This document shows, piece after piece, positions 41,837-52,836 of a DNA stretch of 64,000 nucleotides. The DNA lies in the IMG/VR virus record IMGVR_UViG_3300029374_000001, positions 64,001-128,000 of that record. The stretch is one strand, 5' to 3'. Below the pieces are notes generated by a model, which was not told the DNA's origin, searched no databases, and was given only the letters and a program-made list of their open reading frames with translations. A program made the position numbers and the translations under genes. Every line of letters begins with the position of its first letter. Position 1 is the stretch's first letter. The stretch comes from a virus.

Positions 41837-42505
41837 ATGAAACATTCTCTTGGATATAATTGGTTTTATAGGCATTGGTTTGCTATGAAAGAATGGTTTA
41901 AATTACAAATTCCAAAGTGTAAACAATTCTTAGCTTCTATGAAAAACTTAATAGACAATTTCATTGAAATATACAAAGCATACTCTTACGTCATTTTATT
42001 GTGGGTGTGGTGTATATCTGTACTGGTAAGTCCCGAAAACGTCTTATTTTCATCTTGTATGATCCTAATCGTGGCTCTACTAACGCTTTTAAATCATCAT
42101 TTTTCGTTTAAAGAAGAAAAGTTCTATTTAACCACAGATTTTTCTAAATCCATTCAAGAATTAGATGCATTAATTGCAGAATGTATTCAAGAATATTTAG
42201 TGATGAATGGAATGGGTTCCAAAACATTCTTTACTTCTAAAGAAGAAGATATGCTTCGTGATGAAACAACCAATATGGTGAGTGCCAAAATGAGCAAACC
42301 ATTATATGCTAAACTTTGTGCTTCTTATAATAAAGAAATTATTTACAACGTAATAGGTTCCAGAATATATATGATCATTATGAGATTTGTTACAGAGACC
42401 AATACAAAATCATCTGATAAAAATAAACCCAATCCAAATGTTCCCAGCCCACAACAAAATATTATCGATCAAATCAATAATGGCATCAATATAGATAACT
42501 TATAA
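41837..42505 (+). CDS. membrane protein, hypothetical
   Basis: ORF track; AAGGAGG SD; TM segments ILLWVWCISVLV and MILIVALLTLL. Confidence 0.5.
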   Translation: MKHSLGYNWFYRHWFAMKEWFKLQIPKCKQFLASMKNLIDNFIEIYKAYSYVILLWVWCISVLVSPENVLFSSCMILIVALLTLLNHHFSFKEEKFYLTTDFSKSIQELDALIAECIQEYLVMNGMGSKTFFTSKEEDMLRDETTNMVSAKMSKPLYAKLCASYNKEIIYNVIGSRIYMIIMRFVTETNTKSSDKNKPNPNVPSPQQNIIDQINNGINIDNL

Positions 42506-42547
42506 GAGATTCCCATAGAGCATATGCTCTATGGGATATTCTATTGA

Positions 42548-43657
42548 TTATTCTGCATTACTTAATTTCTGATACAATTTATCAATACATGTATACAATG
42601 ATTTGAATAATTGTAATCTGGCTCCAGACGCATTCTGTAATCCTCCATAGTTTAGCATATAGAGATTATTATTCAAAGTATAGATAAAGAAGATATCATT
42701 ATAATCTGCAATAGACATAGTCATAGATAGTTTATACAGCATATAGATAAATGCTTTTCCCAGAATATCTTTATATGGAGTATATTTATCTTTCTGAGAT
42801 ATAATCATACGTTCAATATATTCTGGTATATGGTCTGCACAGGTAATGTTATTCTTTTCTTTGCCCGGTTCTAATCTATATCTAATAAATGTATTGATAT
42901 TTTCTAAAGATCTTTTGTATCTGACTTCATTGGTACAATTCTTAACCAATTGGTGGATATTATCAAAATGATCAATAAGATCAATTAATCTGGTTAAGAA
43001 TAAAGTATCTTTATAAGTCATTCTAGTTTCTATTTTCTTATCAGAAGTTAATATTCTTCCTTCATCTTCTGGCATAAGAATATATTCTGATACTTCTTCT
43101 GTATCTTCATTATATCCATACATTTTGTTATTGCTGTCAAAATAATGCTTAGATATCTGATCTGGATATGTTTTCTGTGATACTCTGGATACTTCTTCAT
43201 TGAAACGTTCTTGTTCCATATCCATATACATATTGTATGCTTTATAAATCAATTCTTTTTTAGCAATTTCAATACCAGATTCTTTTTGCTGTGTATTATC
43301 AGAATGAAGCAGATCTACGGTATCTTGTTCTAAATATTTGATATAATTATTAACGTTGAATTCTATTTTAGTGCTAGGATCATCTTCCTTTTCTACAGCC
43401 AATTGCTTTCCTATATTATAGAGGGTAATTTGATCTTCTGTTAATTTTGTTTTATCTTCTTCTGTCAGATCAGGAATATTAAAATTATTCAGATCTTCTT
43501 CAGAAATACTATCCTGAATCAGCTTATCTATTTCTTCATCAGTAGATAATTCTTCTTGTATTTTTTCTTTATCTTTTTCAAACTCTTCAATGAGTTCATC
43601 TAATTTTTCATTATTCTGTTGAATGACTGCTTCTTTTGATTTCTGTACATCATTCAT
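42548..43657 (-). CDS. hypothetical acidic protein (369 aa)
   Basis: ORF track. Confidence 0.5.
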   Translation of the reverse strand: MNDVQKSKEAVIQQNNEKLDELIEEFEKDKEKIQEELSTDEEIDKLIQDSISEEDLNNFNIPDLTEEDKTKLTEDQITLYNIGKQLAVEKEDDPSTKIEFNVNNYIKYLEQDTVDLLHSDNTQQKESGIEIAKKELIYKAYNMYMDMEQERFNEEVSRVSQKTYPDQISKHYFDSNNKMYGYNEDTEEVSEYILMPEDEGRILTSDKKIETRMTYKDTLFLTRLIDLIDHFDNIHQLVKNCTNEVRYKRSLENINTFIRYRLEPGKEKNNITCADHIPEYIERMIISQKDKYTPYKDILGKAFIYMLYKLSMTMSIADYNDIFFIYTLNNNLYMLNYGGLQNASGARLQLFKSLYTCIDKLYQKLSNAE

Positions 43658-43660
43658 AGT

Positions 43661-44455
43661 TTATTCTTCTCCTTTAACATATTGAGGATTGGTGTTATAA
43701 ATAACATTGTTTTTCTGTATTTCCAACTTAATGGCTGTAGAGAGAGAAGGATAAATCAAATCATTTTTAAGCAAAGGTTGTATCAGTACTTCAAATAAGT
43801 TAATATCTGGTTCAATATGCTGCATTAAATAATTCATTTCCATAATTTCTTGTGTAGAAGTATAGATATAAGACAATGTGGTCGCTGTATTAAAATCCAA
43901 TGCCGAAATAAATTTAATACATTGATCCAAATTCGCATTGATGATTGCCAACTGTTGATCTTCATAATGCTCTTTATTATATACTGTACTGATATCTTTA
44001 GACTTCTTTAACTTTGATAAATTTAATGCATTGTAGATATATTCTTTCTGACTGATAATAAAGTTGTATAAGAATCGGAATACATAATTATTATAATTTG
44101 TAATAAACAAATCAAATACAACTGTAGCCAAATAGAAAATATCCGTATCTGCTTCGTAAAAGAATTTAACTCCAGAATTTCTACTAATTCTGGATAAGAT
44201 CTCTTTATATGTATTGAGTCTGCATAACTTAATATTTTCTACATCTCCAGGATATCTATTTAATAAATCCCGGAAACCAATTTCTAATTCAGTAACAAAG
44301 TTATGCTTCGGTATTGTGCTAAATGAGTCAAAACGCTGTCTCATGAGATCGTCTGTTACATCAAATACGAAGTCAGTATTGAAGTTAGATAAAATAGTAG
44401 TGATTTCTCCTCCTGCTTCTAAATAATAAGCTTTATCAATTCCACTTGTTTGCAT
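43661..44455 (-). CDS. hypothetical protein (264 aa)
   Basis: ORF track; 3-nt gap to the downstream gene. Confidence 0.5.
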   Translation of the reverse strand: MQTSGIDKAYYLEAGGEITTILSNFNTDFVFDVTDDLMRQRFDSFSTIPKHNFVTELEIGFRDLLNRYPGDVENIKLCRLNTYKEILSRISRNSGVKFFYEADTDIFYLATVVFDLFITNYNNYVFRFLYNFIISQKEYIYNALNLSKLKKSKDISTVYNKEHYEDQQLAIINANLDQCIKFISALDFNTATTLSYIYTSTQEIMEMNYLMQHIEPDINLFEVLIQPLLKNDLIYPSLSTAIKLEIQKNNVIYNTNPQYVKGEE

Positions 44456-44614
44456 ATGTAATTTTCCTCCGGTAGTTTCCTACCTCCCATTATATAGTAG
44501 TACCATATTCAATCAAAAATAAAAAATAAAACAGTGCAGTAAGAGTCATTGAAACGACTCCCACATACTATCTCTTTGGAAGATCACTATGAGTCATATG
44601 ACTCATAGTGTATT

Positions 44615-45454
44615 CTATCCAAAATATTTACTAGAAAATAATTGATACAATTTAACCAATACTTCATAGTTATATCCAATATCGATACTATAGACATCTT
44701 CTGTTTCCGATACACTCTGTAATCCATATTCTGTGTTCAAATGATGAACAGACAATAAAACTCTATACTTAGAAGAAGCGTTGAATTCTCTATAATACCC
44801 AATGGGCAATTCTCGATTTCTATACTTCTTCATAAAGTCTTTCAATTCAAATAAAACATAAGTGATATCAGAATGCTCTGCCATATATAACAGATTAGAT
44901 AAAAACTTTATCATATATTGATTATGAAGATCTTGATTAGACTTAGAGATTCCTTTGACAACTAAGAAGTCTTCTTCTTTCATAAATCCTATAGACTTCT
45001 TACCATATAATAGAACTAAATTATTTAGTCCTAAATTATAATAAGAGGTATACATATTCTTTAATAAGAATTGTACTTCTCCAAATCTCGTATGAGATAA
45101 ATGCTTATCCAATACAAAGACAGAATCCTTTCTTGTCATTAAAATATTATGAGAATCTATTTGATTAGACTCTATAATATTCTTTCTAGCTTGTAAGAAT
45201 CCATGATCCAATACTTCCAATAACTTCGCTGCACGAGATGATTTTCCCTTTTCTAATAATCTTCCAACCATAATTTCTCTATCTTGCTTGGAAGATTTTA
45301 ATAACAGATTGAAAATTTGATCGGATATTTCTTTGGCTTCATGTAAGATACTAATATTCGCATGCTCTATATCATACTCATAGATATATCTCCCAATAAC
45401 CAAACCAATAGAAGATGTATAGTTGGTATATTCATAGATAGCTTTATCTCCCAT
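44615..45454 (-). CDS. hypothetical protein (279 aa)
   Basis: ORF track. Confidence 0.5.
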   Translation of the reverse strand: MGDKAIYEYTNYTSSIGLVIGRYIYEYDIEHANISILHEAKEISDQIFNLLLKSSKQDREIMVGRLLEKGKSSRAAKLLEVLDHGFLQARKNIIESNQIDSHNILMTRKDSVFVLDKHLSHTRFGEVQFLLKNMYTSYYNLGLNNLVLLYGKKSIGFMKEEDFLVVKGISKSNQDLHNQYMIKFLSNLLYMAEHSDITYVLFELKDFMKKYRNRELPIGYYREFNASSKYRVLLSVHHLNTEYGLQSVSETEDVYSIDIGYNYEVLVKLYQLFSSKYFG

Positions 45455-45968
45455 TGGACATATCCTCTATTTCATCCATATTGTTCACAATCATTTGCGG
45501 ATCCATCGTTTCCATAATATACCATCTCTTATCTGCATAAAAGATCGGATAATACATAGCTGGCAATTCATCATGAACTTTTGTATTCACTAAATCATCC
45601 ACATCGTATACAATAGTACATCTATAGCCATATCGGCTATAGATGTAAGCGATTATACATTCTACGACATTCGATGCAAATGTATTCTGAAGATCGGTTA
45701 ATATAACTACATCTGGATTATAGTAATTATCCATCATGATATCCATAATTGCCATATGAGCACCATATGTATTCATATATCCCATATAAGATCTTCTGAA
45801 TTGTTCCATATCTTGCTCAATATAAAATTTTTGTATATCTGGTGGAGGTAATATATCCGAGTCTATTGATGATCCTATGGAGATTGTTGATAAGAAAGAC
45901 CTATAGAAATACTTATCTGTATTATCTCTCACATACCTCCACAATGATTGATCTGCAAAATATATCAT
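45444..45968 (-). CDS. hypothetical protein (174 aa)
   Basis: ORF track; overlaps both neighbours (operon-like coupling). Confidence 0.5.
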   Translation of the reverse strand: MIYFADQSLWRYVRDNTDKYFYRSFLSTISIGSSIDSDILPPPDIQKFYIEQDMEQFRRSYMGYMNTYGAHMAIMDIMMDNYYNPDVVILTDLQNTFASNVVECIIAYIYSRYGYRCTIVYDVDDLVNTKVHDELPAMYYPIFYADKRWYIMETMDPQMIVNNMDEIEDMSNGR

Positions 45969-46747
45969 TTCTTTTGTTCTCCCATTTGTACAAATGGCGA
46001 TTTCAATTCTTGATTATTCTGTTGTTGTTCTCGTTTACGGAAAGCAATATCTCTTGCTTTCTTAATATAAACAGCCATAGCCTGCGCTACATGTTCCGGA
46101 GCAATATTGATATAAGATGGGAAGTTTAATAATCCTCGAATAATATCGTCGTTCATATTTCCTTCCCTATAGATTTTATCAATCGTAAATTGACTGGGCA
46201 TAAGACCATCCGGATAATTCATAACAAATATATCAAATGGTGCATTACCCATATCATACATCAATTCGATCATCGCTCCCAATTGATATACGGTTGGCAT
46301 AGGCAATCCAGATTGTGGAATACTGATTTGTCCTATACGTAATCCATAATTGGATTGGATATATCCGAACAATACCCGACTAAAATCAAAACTGATTTCT
46401 TCATCTGGTGGAATAAAGAATAACAAATGTTTCCCATAAAATACAGCAGCTAAGATAGCCGATAGATTCTGAGCTACTACATAATCTGCATACAAATATT
46501 GATTATAGATATTTTCTGCATCTAATAATCTTCCATCTATATATGCACTGACAGAATCAAATGGTGGTAATAATACCGACATAAAAGATACCCTGTCAGG
46601 AAGTCTGTAATTTCCTGTACTGGGATCCATAATCTCATATCTTCTTCGATCATCGTCTATAATGATAATATTAAAATTAGGATTTGCTTGAGCCATATAC
46701 AGCTCTTCATAATTAGAGGTAAAGTATGTAGCTCCCCACATAGACAT
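45965..46747 (-). CDS. hypothetical protein
   Basis: Part of ORF 45965..46834. Start chosen at ATG 46747 after AAAGGAGAGGA; the upstream part of the ORF (track starts at 46834) has no SD. Confidence 0.45.
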   Translation of the reverse strand: MSMWGATYFTSNYEELYMAQANPNFNIIIIDDDRRRYEIMDPSTGNYRLPDRVSFMSVLLPPFDSVSAYIDGRLLDAENIYNQYLYADYVVAQNLSAILAAVFYGKHLLFFIPPDEEISFDFSRVLFGYIQSNYGLRIGQISIPQSGLPMPTVYQLGAMIELMYDMGNAPFDIFVMNYPDGLMPSQFTIDKIYREGNMNDDIIRGLLNFPSYINIAPEHVAQAMAVYIKKARDIAFRKREQQQNNQELKSPFVQMGEQKK

Positions 46748-46848
46748 TCCTCTCCTTTCATAATAATCATATTTAACACTCATCATTATAATATATAACA
46801 AAAAAGAAATTTGAGGATGGTTTAATATCCTCAAATTTCTCTTACTGT

Positions 46849-48555
46849 TTAGAACTCAGTGGACTTAGGTTTACTCTTAGTAGCAATAATATCTTGAGCC
46901 ATATCTGCTACAATCGGAGCTCCCAGGGTATTTGGATTATCAAAGGAAACTTTGCTGATATCTACAGTCTCTTGTTCATCAGGATTTTTGACAGGAATGT
47001 CTTCTCCCTCATGAGCCTGCGGATTCCATTCTTCTGAATTGGCAATATCTAATAAAGCATTTGCCAGCTCATCATTTCCTTTTTCAACGTCTTCTTTCTT
47101 TTCTTTTTTCTCAAATTCCTGAGATTTCTTAAGCTCTGCAAAGTAAGATCTGACTGCTTTCTGGAAAGTTCCATACATGGCATCTTCATTTACTTGCGGG
47201 AATGCTTTACTGATATACATATTAGTTATGTATGATCTCAGTTCATAGACGAACACTTTTCCATTAGGAACTTCAAACTCTTCGTCAATCTTGCGATCAT
47301 ACTGAATCTTATCGGCTGCAGGAAGCTTTCTTCTTTCGGAAGTCGGATTGCAAATAACCTTGATATCAATATAATCTGTCCAGTGATCTTGCATATATTC
47401 CGCAATATATTCTTCCATCATAATCGGAATACGGAAGGGATCAAAATTGAGTTCATTCCCAAGCTGCATCATAATGGGTTTCAGACGATCATCGATCAAT
47501 CTGAAATGTCTGAATCCTGGATTGCTTTCCAGCTTTGTATTGGGATTAGGAGATATACTCTTACGAGTTGGTGTTCTGCTATCTCCCATATACATACGAG
47601 GTGCCGGATTGTTTATAGGCTTTGGCTTTTCAGTTTTTACTCGTTCAATGATTTCTTCTTTGGCCACATAGTCTACCGATGCATTCGGACTAATAGGTCT
47701 GGTGTACTTCTTGTTACCGATGCTTACTTCTACAACGATTTCATCTCTGTTTTTTCTCATGACGCTTTTACCTCTCCTCTTAAATTTAAATACTTCAATA
47801 TGAGTGCCAACATCTTTTGCCGCATATCTCTGACCACATTTCTCACAATGTATGAAATTGAAACCATCTTCATAGACCAATTTACCATCACAAGGTTTGT
47901 GATCTTGTGTATACTTAATACAACGCATGCGACTCTTATTGATTCTATATAAATACGGATAATCCAATAGAACTGGGCCAAAGTTATGCCTCACTCCCCA
48001 ATTCATAAAGAAATCCGTACCAATATCTTCTAATACAAAACCCTTATTGACTAAATACGTAATTGTGTCATAAATCATAGATGCATTCTTGAGAAAGTCT
48101 TCCCTATTCATAATCGGTTTGACTCTCTCCGATAATGCAATCGTTCCACATGGTGTAACGTCGAATGTTTTAGGAACATACGGTCGTAAATACTTCTGAT
48201 TCTTGAATTCATCCAGATTATCCTTAATACCTACGCTATCAAGTCCAATCTTCAATAGAAAACTCGGATCATCTTTATGCGTATATATAACCCTATTTGT
48301 TCCTGCATACGATCGAATGAATCCTCTTGGATTCATAATCTGATCATAGATTGCCATACGTTCTTCAGCGGTTCCCTCACTATATGGAGGATATGTAGCT
48401 AACCGCCATAGAATATACTTATCTTCTTTAGTCAGATATGTATCGATGGGTGTATGTTTCATCTGCAGAAAGATCTGCAGATACGGATTGTTATATCCTA
48501 TACCAGAATCTTCAGCATAGGATATAACGGACGCAGACTTTCTTGTTTCCATCAT
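46849..48555 (-). CDS. hypothetical protein with internal Cys4 zinc-ribbon (CIKYTQDHKPCDGK...CEKCGQRY)
   Basis: ORF track; start ATG overlaps the stop of 48552..51155 (ATGATGG). Confidence 0.55.
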   Translation of the reverse strand: MMETRKSASVISYAEDSGIGYNNPYLQIFLQMKHTPIDTYLTKEDKYILWRLATYPPYSEGTAEERMAIYDQIMNPRGFIRSYAGTNRVIYTHKDDPSFLLKIGLDSVGIKDNLDEFKNQKYLRPYVPKTFDVTPCGTIALSERVKPIMNREDFLKNASMIYDTITYLVNKGFVLEDIGTDFFMNWGVRHNFGPVLLDYPYLYRINKSRMRCIKYTQDHKPCDGKLVYEDGFNFIHCEKCGQRYAAKDVGTHIEVFKFKRRGKSVMRKNRDEIVVEVSIGNKKYTRPISPNASVDYVAKEEIIERVKTEKPKPINNPAPRMYMGDSRTPTRKSISPNPNTKLESNPGFRHFRLIDDRLKPIMMQLGNELNFDPFRIPIMMEEYIAEYMQDHWTDYIDIKVICNPTSERRKLPAADKIQYDRKIDEEFEVPNGKVFVYELRSYITNMYISKAFPQVNEDAMYGTFQKAVRSYFAELKKSQEFEKKEKKEDVEKGNDELANALLDIANSEEWNPQAHEGEDIPVKNPDEQETVDISKVSFDNPNTLGAPIVADMAQDIIATKSKPKSTEF

Positions 48556-51155
48556 AGTATGGTCGGCCTCCTTACCCGTTTAAAGATCCTATCAATAAAC
48601 TTTTGTCTTCTTTCCTGTGTTTCATCATCAGGACATAGAATACCAGGTTCATTATAAGGATCGTCGGGATCGGATGGATTATACCATATCTCTGCTGCCG
48701 CAGGATCTAATCCATTAAACTTAACCGAATTCTTTCTACGATATTCCCAACCTGCTTTATATAAATCACTATTCGCATATGATGTATCCGGAGCACATTC
48801 GATATTAATCGGATCTTTTCTGATTTCATCATAATCTCTCATAGAATTTATATAACAAGCCAAGTCGAGTTTCTGCTGAGAAGTCAAATCTGGTCTGGAA
48901 ATAGCTCCTCCTGTGATTTGATTCATCCATGCATAATGATTAGCCATTGTTCTTTCTAGTACTTGCTGTCTGGTTAGAGTACTTGCAAAGAACTGATTAG
49001 TTTTGATCTCAGCCAATCTCGCCATACGATTAACATAAGCTGTCTCATAATCTTCTTCTTCCATATGGTTATGGCTTCCAAATGGAGAATTCCACCAATT
49101 AAAGAAAATTTCTTCGACTTCATTTAAATGATACTTCTGTCTAAAGAAACTCTTATAAATACAATAGTCCGCTAGACGAATCTGATTCTTCTCGTCTAAC
49201 CGACCAACCATCTTATTGATCAATCCATGAAGTTCATCATCTTTTCTTGGAATGATCTCTAAGTTATACAGATCTTTCAGATAAGCAATCTGTTCTTTCC
49301 CAGTCTTATCGAAAGGTATATGAGAGTAAACCTTCTTACAGCATTCTGGCAAAGTATCTATGACTTTATCCAAGACTCCTTTGATTTCTCCAGGAGCTGC
49401 TGGCTTAGGAACAGCCACAATCGTATGATTGGTATTATTGAACACAGTTGATTTATAGATTGCTAATGGATCAGCTTCTCTATACTGGAACAATTGAATC
49501 ATGCATTCTTCTTGTAGTACTTCCCAAGTTTTCAGATCCAATACATCTCTAAGATATCCAACAACATCAGCTACATATGTATTATATCTGGACAATTCTG
49601 TAGACAGATTAAAAGTATCATCCTTTTCAATCTGCTTTACACAATTCATAACCATATTTACATATTCTCCATCAGGTGTATTTCCCTGTGGAGGCAGTGA
49701 TGTCTTTTCCAATCGGTAATGAATCTCTTGGTGATCAAGATATCTTCCCAATTTGGAATCATAAATAGAATAGTGAGTATATCCATCATCATCCGTTTTG
49801 CTACGGATGAGTTCGTAATCTACTCCATCTTTCAAGATGTCTCGTCTCTTTGGTCTACGTGATTTTCTAAATTCATAATCCTTCTTCTTAAGCTCTTCTG
49901 CTTTATTCCACTCTTCTTCATTATGGCAGACATAAACAACAGGAAGCTCTCGACGTCGGATTTCTCTCTTTGTTGGATTCAGATATCTGGATCCATCATC
50001 ATAATATGTAGTTGGCAGACCATATCGATCAGGAACTCCTCCCATACCACTATATCCATAGCCTGGAATATATTCTGGCATAGCAGGCATACCCATTTGT
50101 CGATAATAGTCTTGATAATTACTTGCCCCATACACTCCCAGAATACTGCTGTTTCTTTGTTGTTCAGCAATCTCCTGTGGAGTGACTTCTCTATAATTTG
50201 TCTCTTTATTAAATGGACGACCCATCATAGCATCTCTTTGTACTTGATAGAGTCGTTGATTGTTCGCTAGTGCGGACTGAGTCTCATCTACTTCAAATAT
50301 GCTGTTTTGTAATCTATTCAGTTTTCTTGCATTGGTTCCAGGAGTGACTTCAGATTGTCTGCGTCTTTGTCTTTCTTCCATACTTCTTAGATTTCGACGT
50401 TCTTCTCTGTCTCTCTCCTGATATAGAATCTCTCTTTCTTGGTCTGATAGAAGATTTCCCTCAGAGTCTACCATACCCAAGTTCATAAGAGTTTCTAATT
50501 GTAACGGATCGAAGCGACCTTTAGCATCTTTGATCTTTTGTTCACGAACACGAGCGATTCTATCCAGTTCTTTTTCTCCTGCTTTATCTCGCTCATATTT
50601 CTGGTCATCATGTTCTTCCCCAGATATTTCATCTTTAACTCCGATATATTCGGACTTAGGACGAACATATTTCTCCCAATAAGGAGCTGCCATTGTGACC
50701 GGATCATTGATTTCTTTAGTAATCCCAGTATTCACTTTGGTAATCCATTCCCTAAATTTTGGATTCTCAAACTGAATACCCATTGGTCCTCTTTGTTGTA
50801 TATACTGAAGTCCTGGAGTATAATATCTTGCATTACGATTCATATTCCATGCGACTTCATATGGATCATATGGTTTTGGTCTAATCTTGCTTCCGTACCC
50901 TGTGTTTTCCCTATTTTTACGCAATATTCTTTTTTGTGCAATTGTATCATTCGGATGAATGGTTTCAAATGTCAAAGGAGATTTATCTGCTGCTAAATGA
51001 GCATACAAATCATCTTCTTCTTTTTGATAGATTTCTTGCAATTCATAGTTAGCTTGCTCAAAATCATATAAGTTTGTACTTGGTGTATGAAGTTGTTTAC
51101 GTTCTTTTACAATACGCTCAGGTACTGCATTCATTAACATTTCTGCAAAATCCAA
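48552..51155 (-). CDS. hypothetical large protein (867 aa), charged and Tyr-rich
   Basis: ORF track; TTG start at 51155 with GAGGGGGAA SD 6-7 nt upstream. An alternative ATG start lies at 51140. Confidence 0.55.
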   Translation of the reverse strand: MDFAEMLMNAVPERIVKERKQLHTPSTNLYDFEQANYELQEIYQKEEDDLYAHLAADKSPLTFETIHPNDTIAQKRILRKNRENTGYGSKIRPKPYDPYEVAWNMNRNARYYTPGLQYIQQRGPMGIQFENPKFREWITKVNTGITKEINDPVTMAAPYWEKYVRPKSEYIGVKDEISGEEHDDQKYERDKAGEKELDRIARVREQKIKDAKGRFDPLQLETLMNLGMVDSEGNLLSDQEREILYQERDREERRNLRSMEERQRRRQSEVTPGTNARKLNRLQNSIFEVDETQSALANNQRLYQVQRDAMMGRPFNKETNYREVTPQEIAEQQRNSSILGVYGASNYQDYYRQMGMPAMPEYIPGYGYSGMGGVPDRYGLPTTYYDDGSRYLNPTKREIRRRELPVVYVCHNEEEWNKAEELKKKDYEFRKSRRPKRRDILKDGVDYELIRSKTDDDGYTHYSIYDSKLGRYLDHQEIHYRLEKTSLPPQGNTPDGEYVNMVMNCVKQIEKDDTFNLSTELSRYNTYVADVVGYLRDVLDLKTWEVLQEECMIQLFQYREADPLAIYKSTVFNNTNHTIVAVPKPAAPGEIKGVLDKVIDTLPECCKKVYSHIPFDKTGKEQIAYLKDLYNLEIIPRKDDELHGLINKMVGRLDEKNQIRLADYCIYKSFFRQKYHLNEVEEIFFNWWNSPFGSHNHMEEEDYETAYVNRMARLAEIKTNQFFASTLTRQQVLERTMANHYAWMNQITGGAISRPDLTSQQKLDLACYINSMRDYDEIRKDPINIECAPDTSYANSDLYKAGWEYRRKNSVKFNGLDPAAAEIWYNPSDPDDPYNEPGILCPDDETQERRQKFIDRIFKRVRRPTIL

Positions 51156-51184
51156 GTTTATTCCCCCTCACGATTTTACAATTC

Positions 51185-51907
51185 TTAGTCTTTGTTGATG
51201 AGCCGTGCATACTTACACATCACATCACTGGTTAAGAATCCCATGAATTGAAAATTTAAATGCGCATATTTCTCTTTGTCAAACTTTAGGCTGTCAAAGA
51301 CAACCTTTTTCAAATTATCCCTCGTCATATTATCGACAAACGTATTATAGTATGCCAGATAACATGCTATTTTCTGATCAATTGTACAATGGTTAATAAT
51401 ACTGAACTTATTAATCATATGAGTCAATTCTTTCGGTCTGCTCATATGAACATGAGCTTTGGTATGATATAGATTAATCGGAAGATCATTATCTACGATC
51501 ATACGCACAGCCGTTACAAACAGTTCTTTGTTAAGTATACCTTGGTTGGAGAATATCTTCACTTCACTATAGAATGATTGCGTCGAATTATTACTCCACC
51601 AATTGAATATCCACTTTCTTAATCCCAATATAGAAATCTCAGAATCTGAGAACAAATTGATTTGTGGCATATCCATGTTTTTCAAATTAAGCTGTCTCTT
51701 AATTTCAATAAGTGCACCCAGTGCCATAATAATAGCATACATTTCTCCGTAGTTTGAAGTTGTGTTATAGAAAATTCTATTGACAGATTTGATAATTTTA
51801 TTTTTATATACTATTGCATATCCTGGGGAACTTACTGTTCGATTATCGCTCTTTGTTGTACTGGCGTCAGTAAATACATCGAGCGAACCATCTAAGTTAA
51901 GTTCCAT
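51185..51907 (-). CDS. ribonuclease H (RNase H1-like)
   Basis: Canonical catalytic-residue pattern: D in VFTDAS, E in NYGEMYAI, D in LFSDSE, YHTKAH...; AAAGGAGA SD. Confidence 0.7.
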   Translation of the reverse strand: MELNLDGSLDVFTDASTTKSDNRTVSSPGYAIVYKNKIIKSVNRIFYNTTSNYGEMYAIIMALGALIEIKRQLNLKNMDMPQINLFSDSEISILGLRKWIFNWWSNNSTQSFYSEVKIFSNQGILNKELFVTAVRMIVDNDLPINLYHTKAHVHMSRPKELTHMINKFSIINHCTIDQKIACYLAYYNTFVDNMTRDNLKKVVFDSLKFDKEKYAHLNFQFMGFLTSDVMCKYARLINKD

Positions 51908-51912
51908 TTACA

Positions 51913-52287
51913 TTATTTCTCCTTTCCTTCCTCTCTGGATAATAATATATCTTTATAGGTGGATTTATCCAGGTCTTCTTTCTTTAAAATATCTCCAAAC
52001 GCGTTCATCAATAGCGTTTGGTTGCTTTGTATTGCTACAAAATCATCCTCAGACATTGTAGCTAATTGATTTTTTATTAATGCGCTCATAATCATCAAAA
52101 ATTCATTAACGTCGTGAATAGAATGGAAGTAGCCGCCATAAGCAGCTACTTCATTTAAATCTATTTTATTATCTTTAACGTTTTCTTGATTCTTGATGAA
52201 AATAGCAGCTCGTAACTTAGGATTACAATCTTTGCATGTTTTCATAATTTCCATAGCAATAGATCCTAATAAAGCTCTATTTTTCAT
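51913..52287 (-). CDS. hypothetical protein
   Basis: Part of ORF 51913..52326. Start at ATG 52287 with AAAGGAGAAGATTAT SD. Confidence 0.45.
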   Translation of the reverse strand: MKNRALLGSIAMEIMKTCKDCNPKLRAAIFIKNQENVKDNKIDLNEVAAYGGYFHSIHDVNEFLMIMSALIKNQLATMSEDDFVAIQSNQTLLMNAFGDILKKEDLDKSTYKDILLSREEGKEK

Positions 52288-52300
52288 ATAATCTTCTCCT

Positions 52301-52486
52301 TTATATGGTCTCTTCTTTTTTACCATAATAATACTGCACCCATAGATACTGTTCTAAGGGCCATTTTTTAATTTTCTTTATTTTATTATATTTTTGCATA
52401 ATCTCGTTAGTAATTCTAAAATTTACAGTTTCTCCTGTTTTTGAATTAGTCAGAGTGAGCTCCTTTAAGAGTTTGTCTTTCTTCAT
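52301..52486 (-). CDS. hypothetical small basic protein
   Basis: ORF track; weak SD. Confidence 0.3.
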   Translation of the reverse strand: MKKDKLLKELTLTNSKTGETVNFRITNEIMQKYNKIKKIKKWPLEQYLWVQYYYGKKEETI

Positions 52487-52573
52487 TCAATAATACATCC
52501 TTTCTTGTAATAAATTTTCATGAATTACTCATTATTATAATATCTAATTAAAATTCAATTTGCAAAAGCATTG

Positions 52574-52597
52574 CCCATGAGCTATATAGCTCATGGG
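52574..52597. terminator. perfect 24-nt palindromic hairpin CCCATGAGCTAT|ATAGCTCATGGG, followed by CTTTTT on the plus strand
   Basis: Read from sequence; intergenic, beyond the 3' end of the minus-strand unit ending at 52837. Confidence 0.45.
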
Positions 52598-52836
52598 ATA
52601 CTTTTTAAGGAGTTAAAAAAAATGACGAGGTTTTGCATGAAAATGAAAAAGTGTAAGGAGAGAATTAAGTTGATTGATATATACAATAGAATTCGATCAA
52701 AAGAATATAATAGACAACGGGAAGCAAGCTAGGGAATCGCTTGAATTTAGATTATAGTTCTTTTGTTCTATGTATATATCAATCCTGAGCATATAAAACG
52801 TGTGAGGGAGGATTATATGCATCACTATAATGTTAT

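Noticed and set aside
47383-47952. Plus-strand 189-aa ORF antisense to 46849..48555
   Set aside because: It is embedded in a longer, better-supported minus-strand gene with translational coupling to its neighbours, and has no SD.
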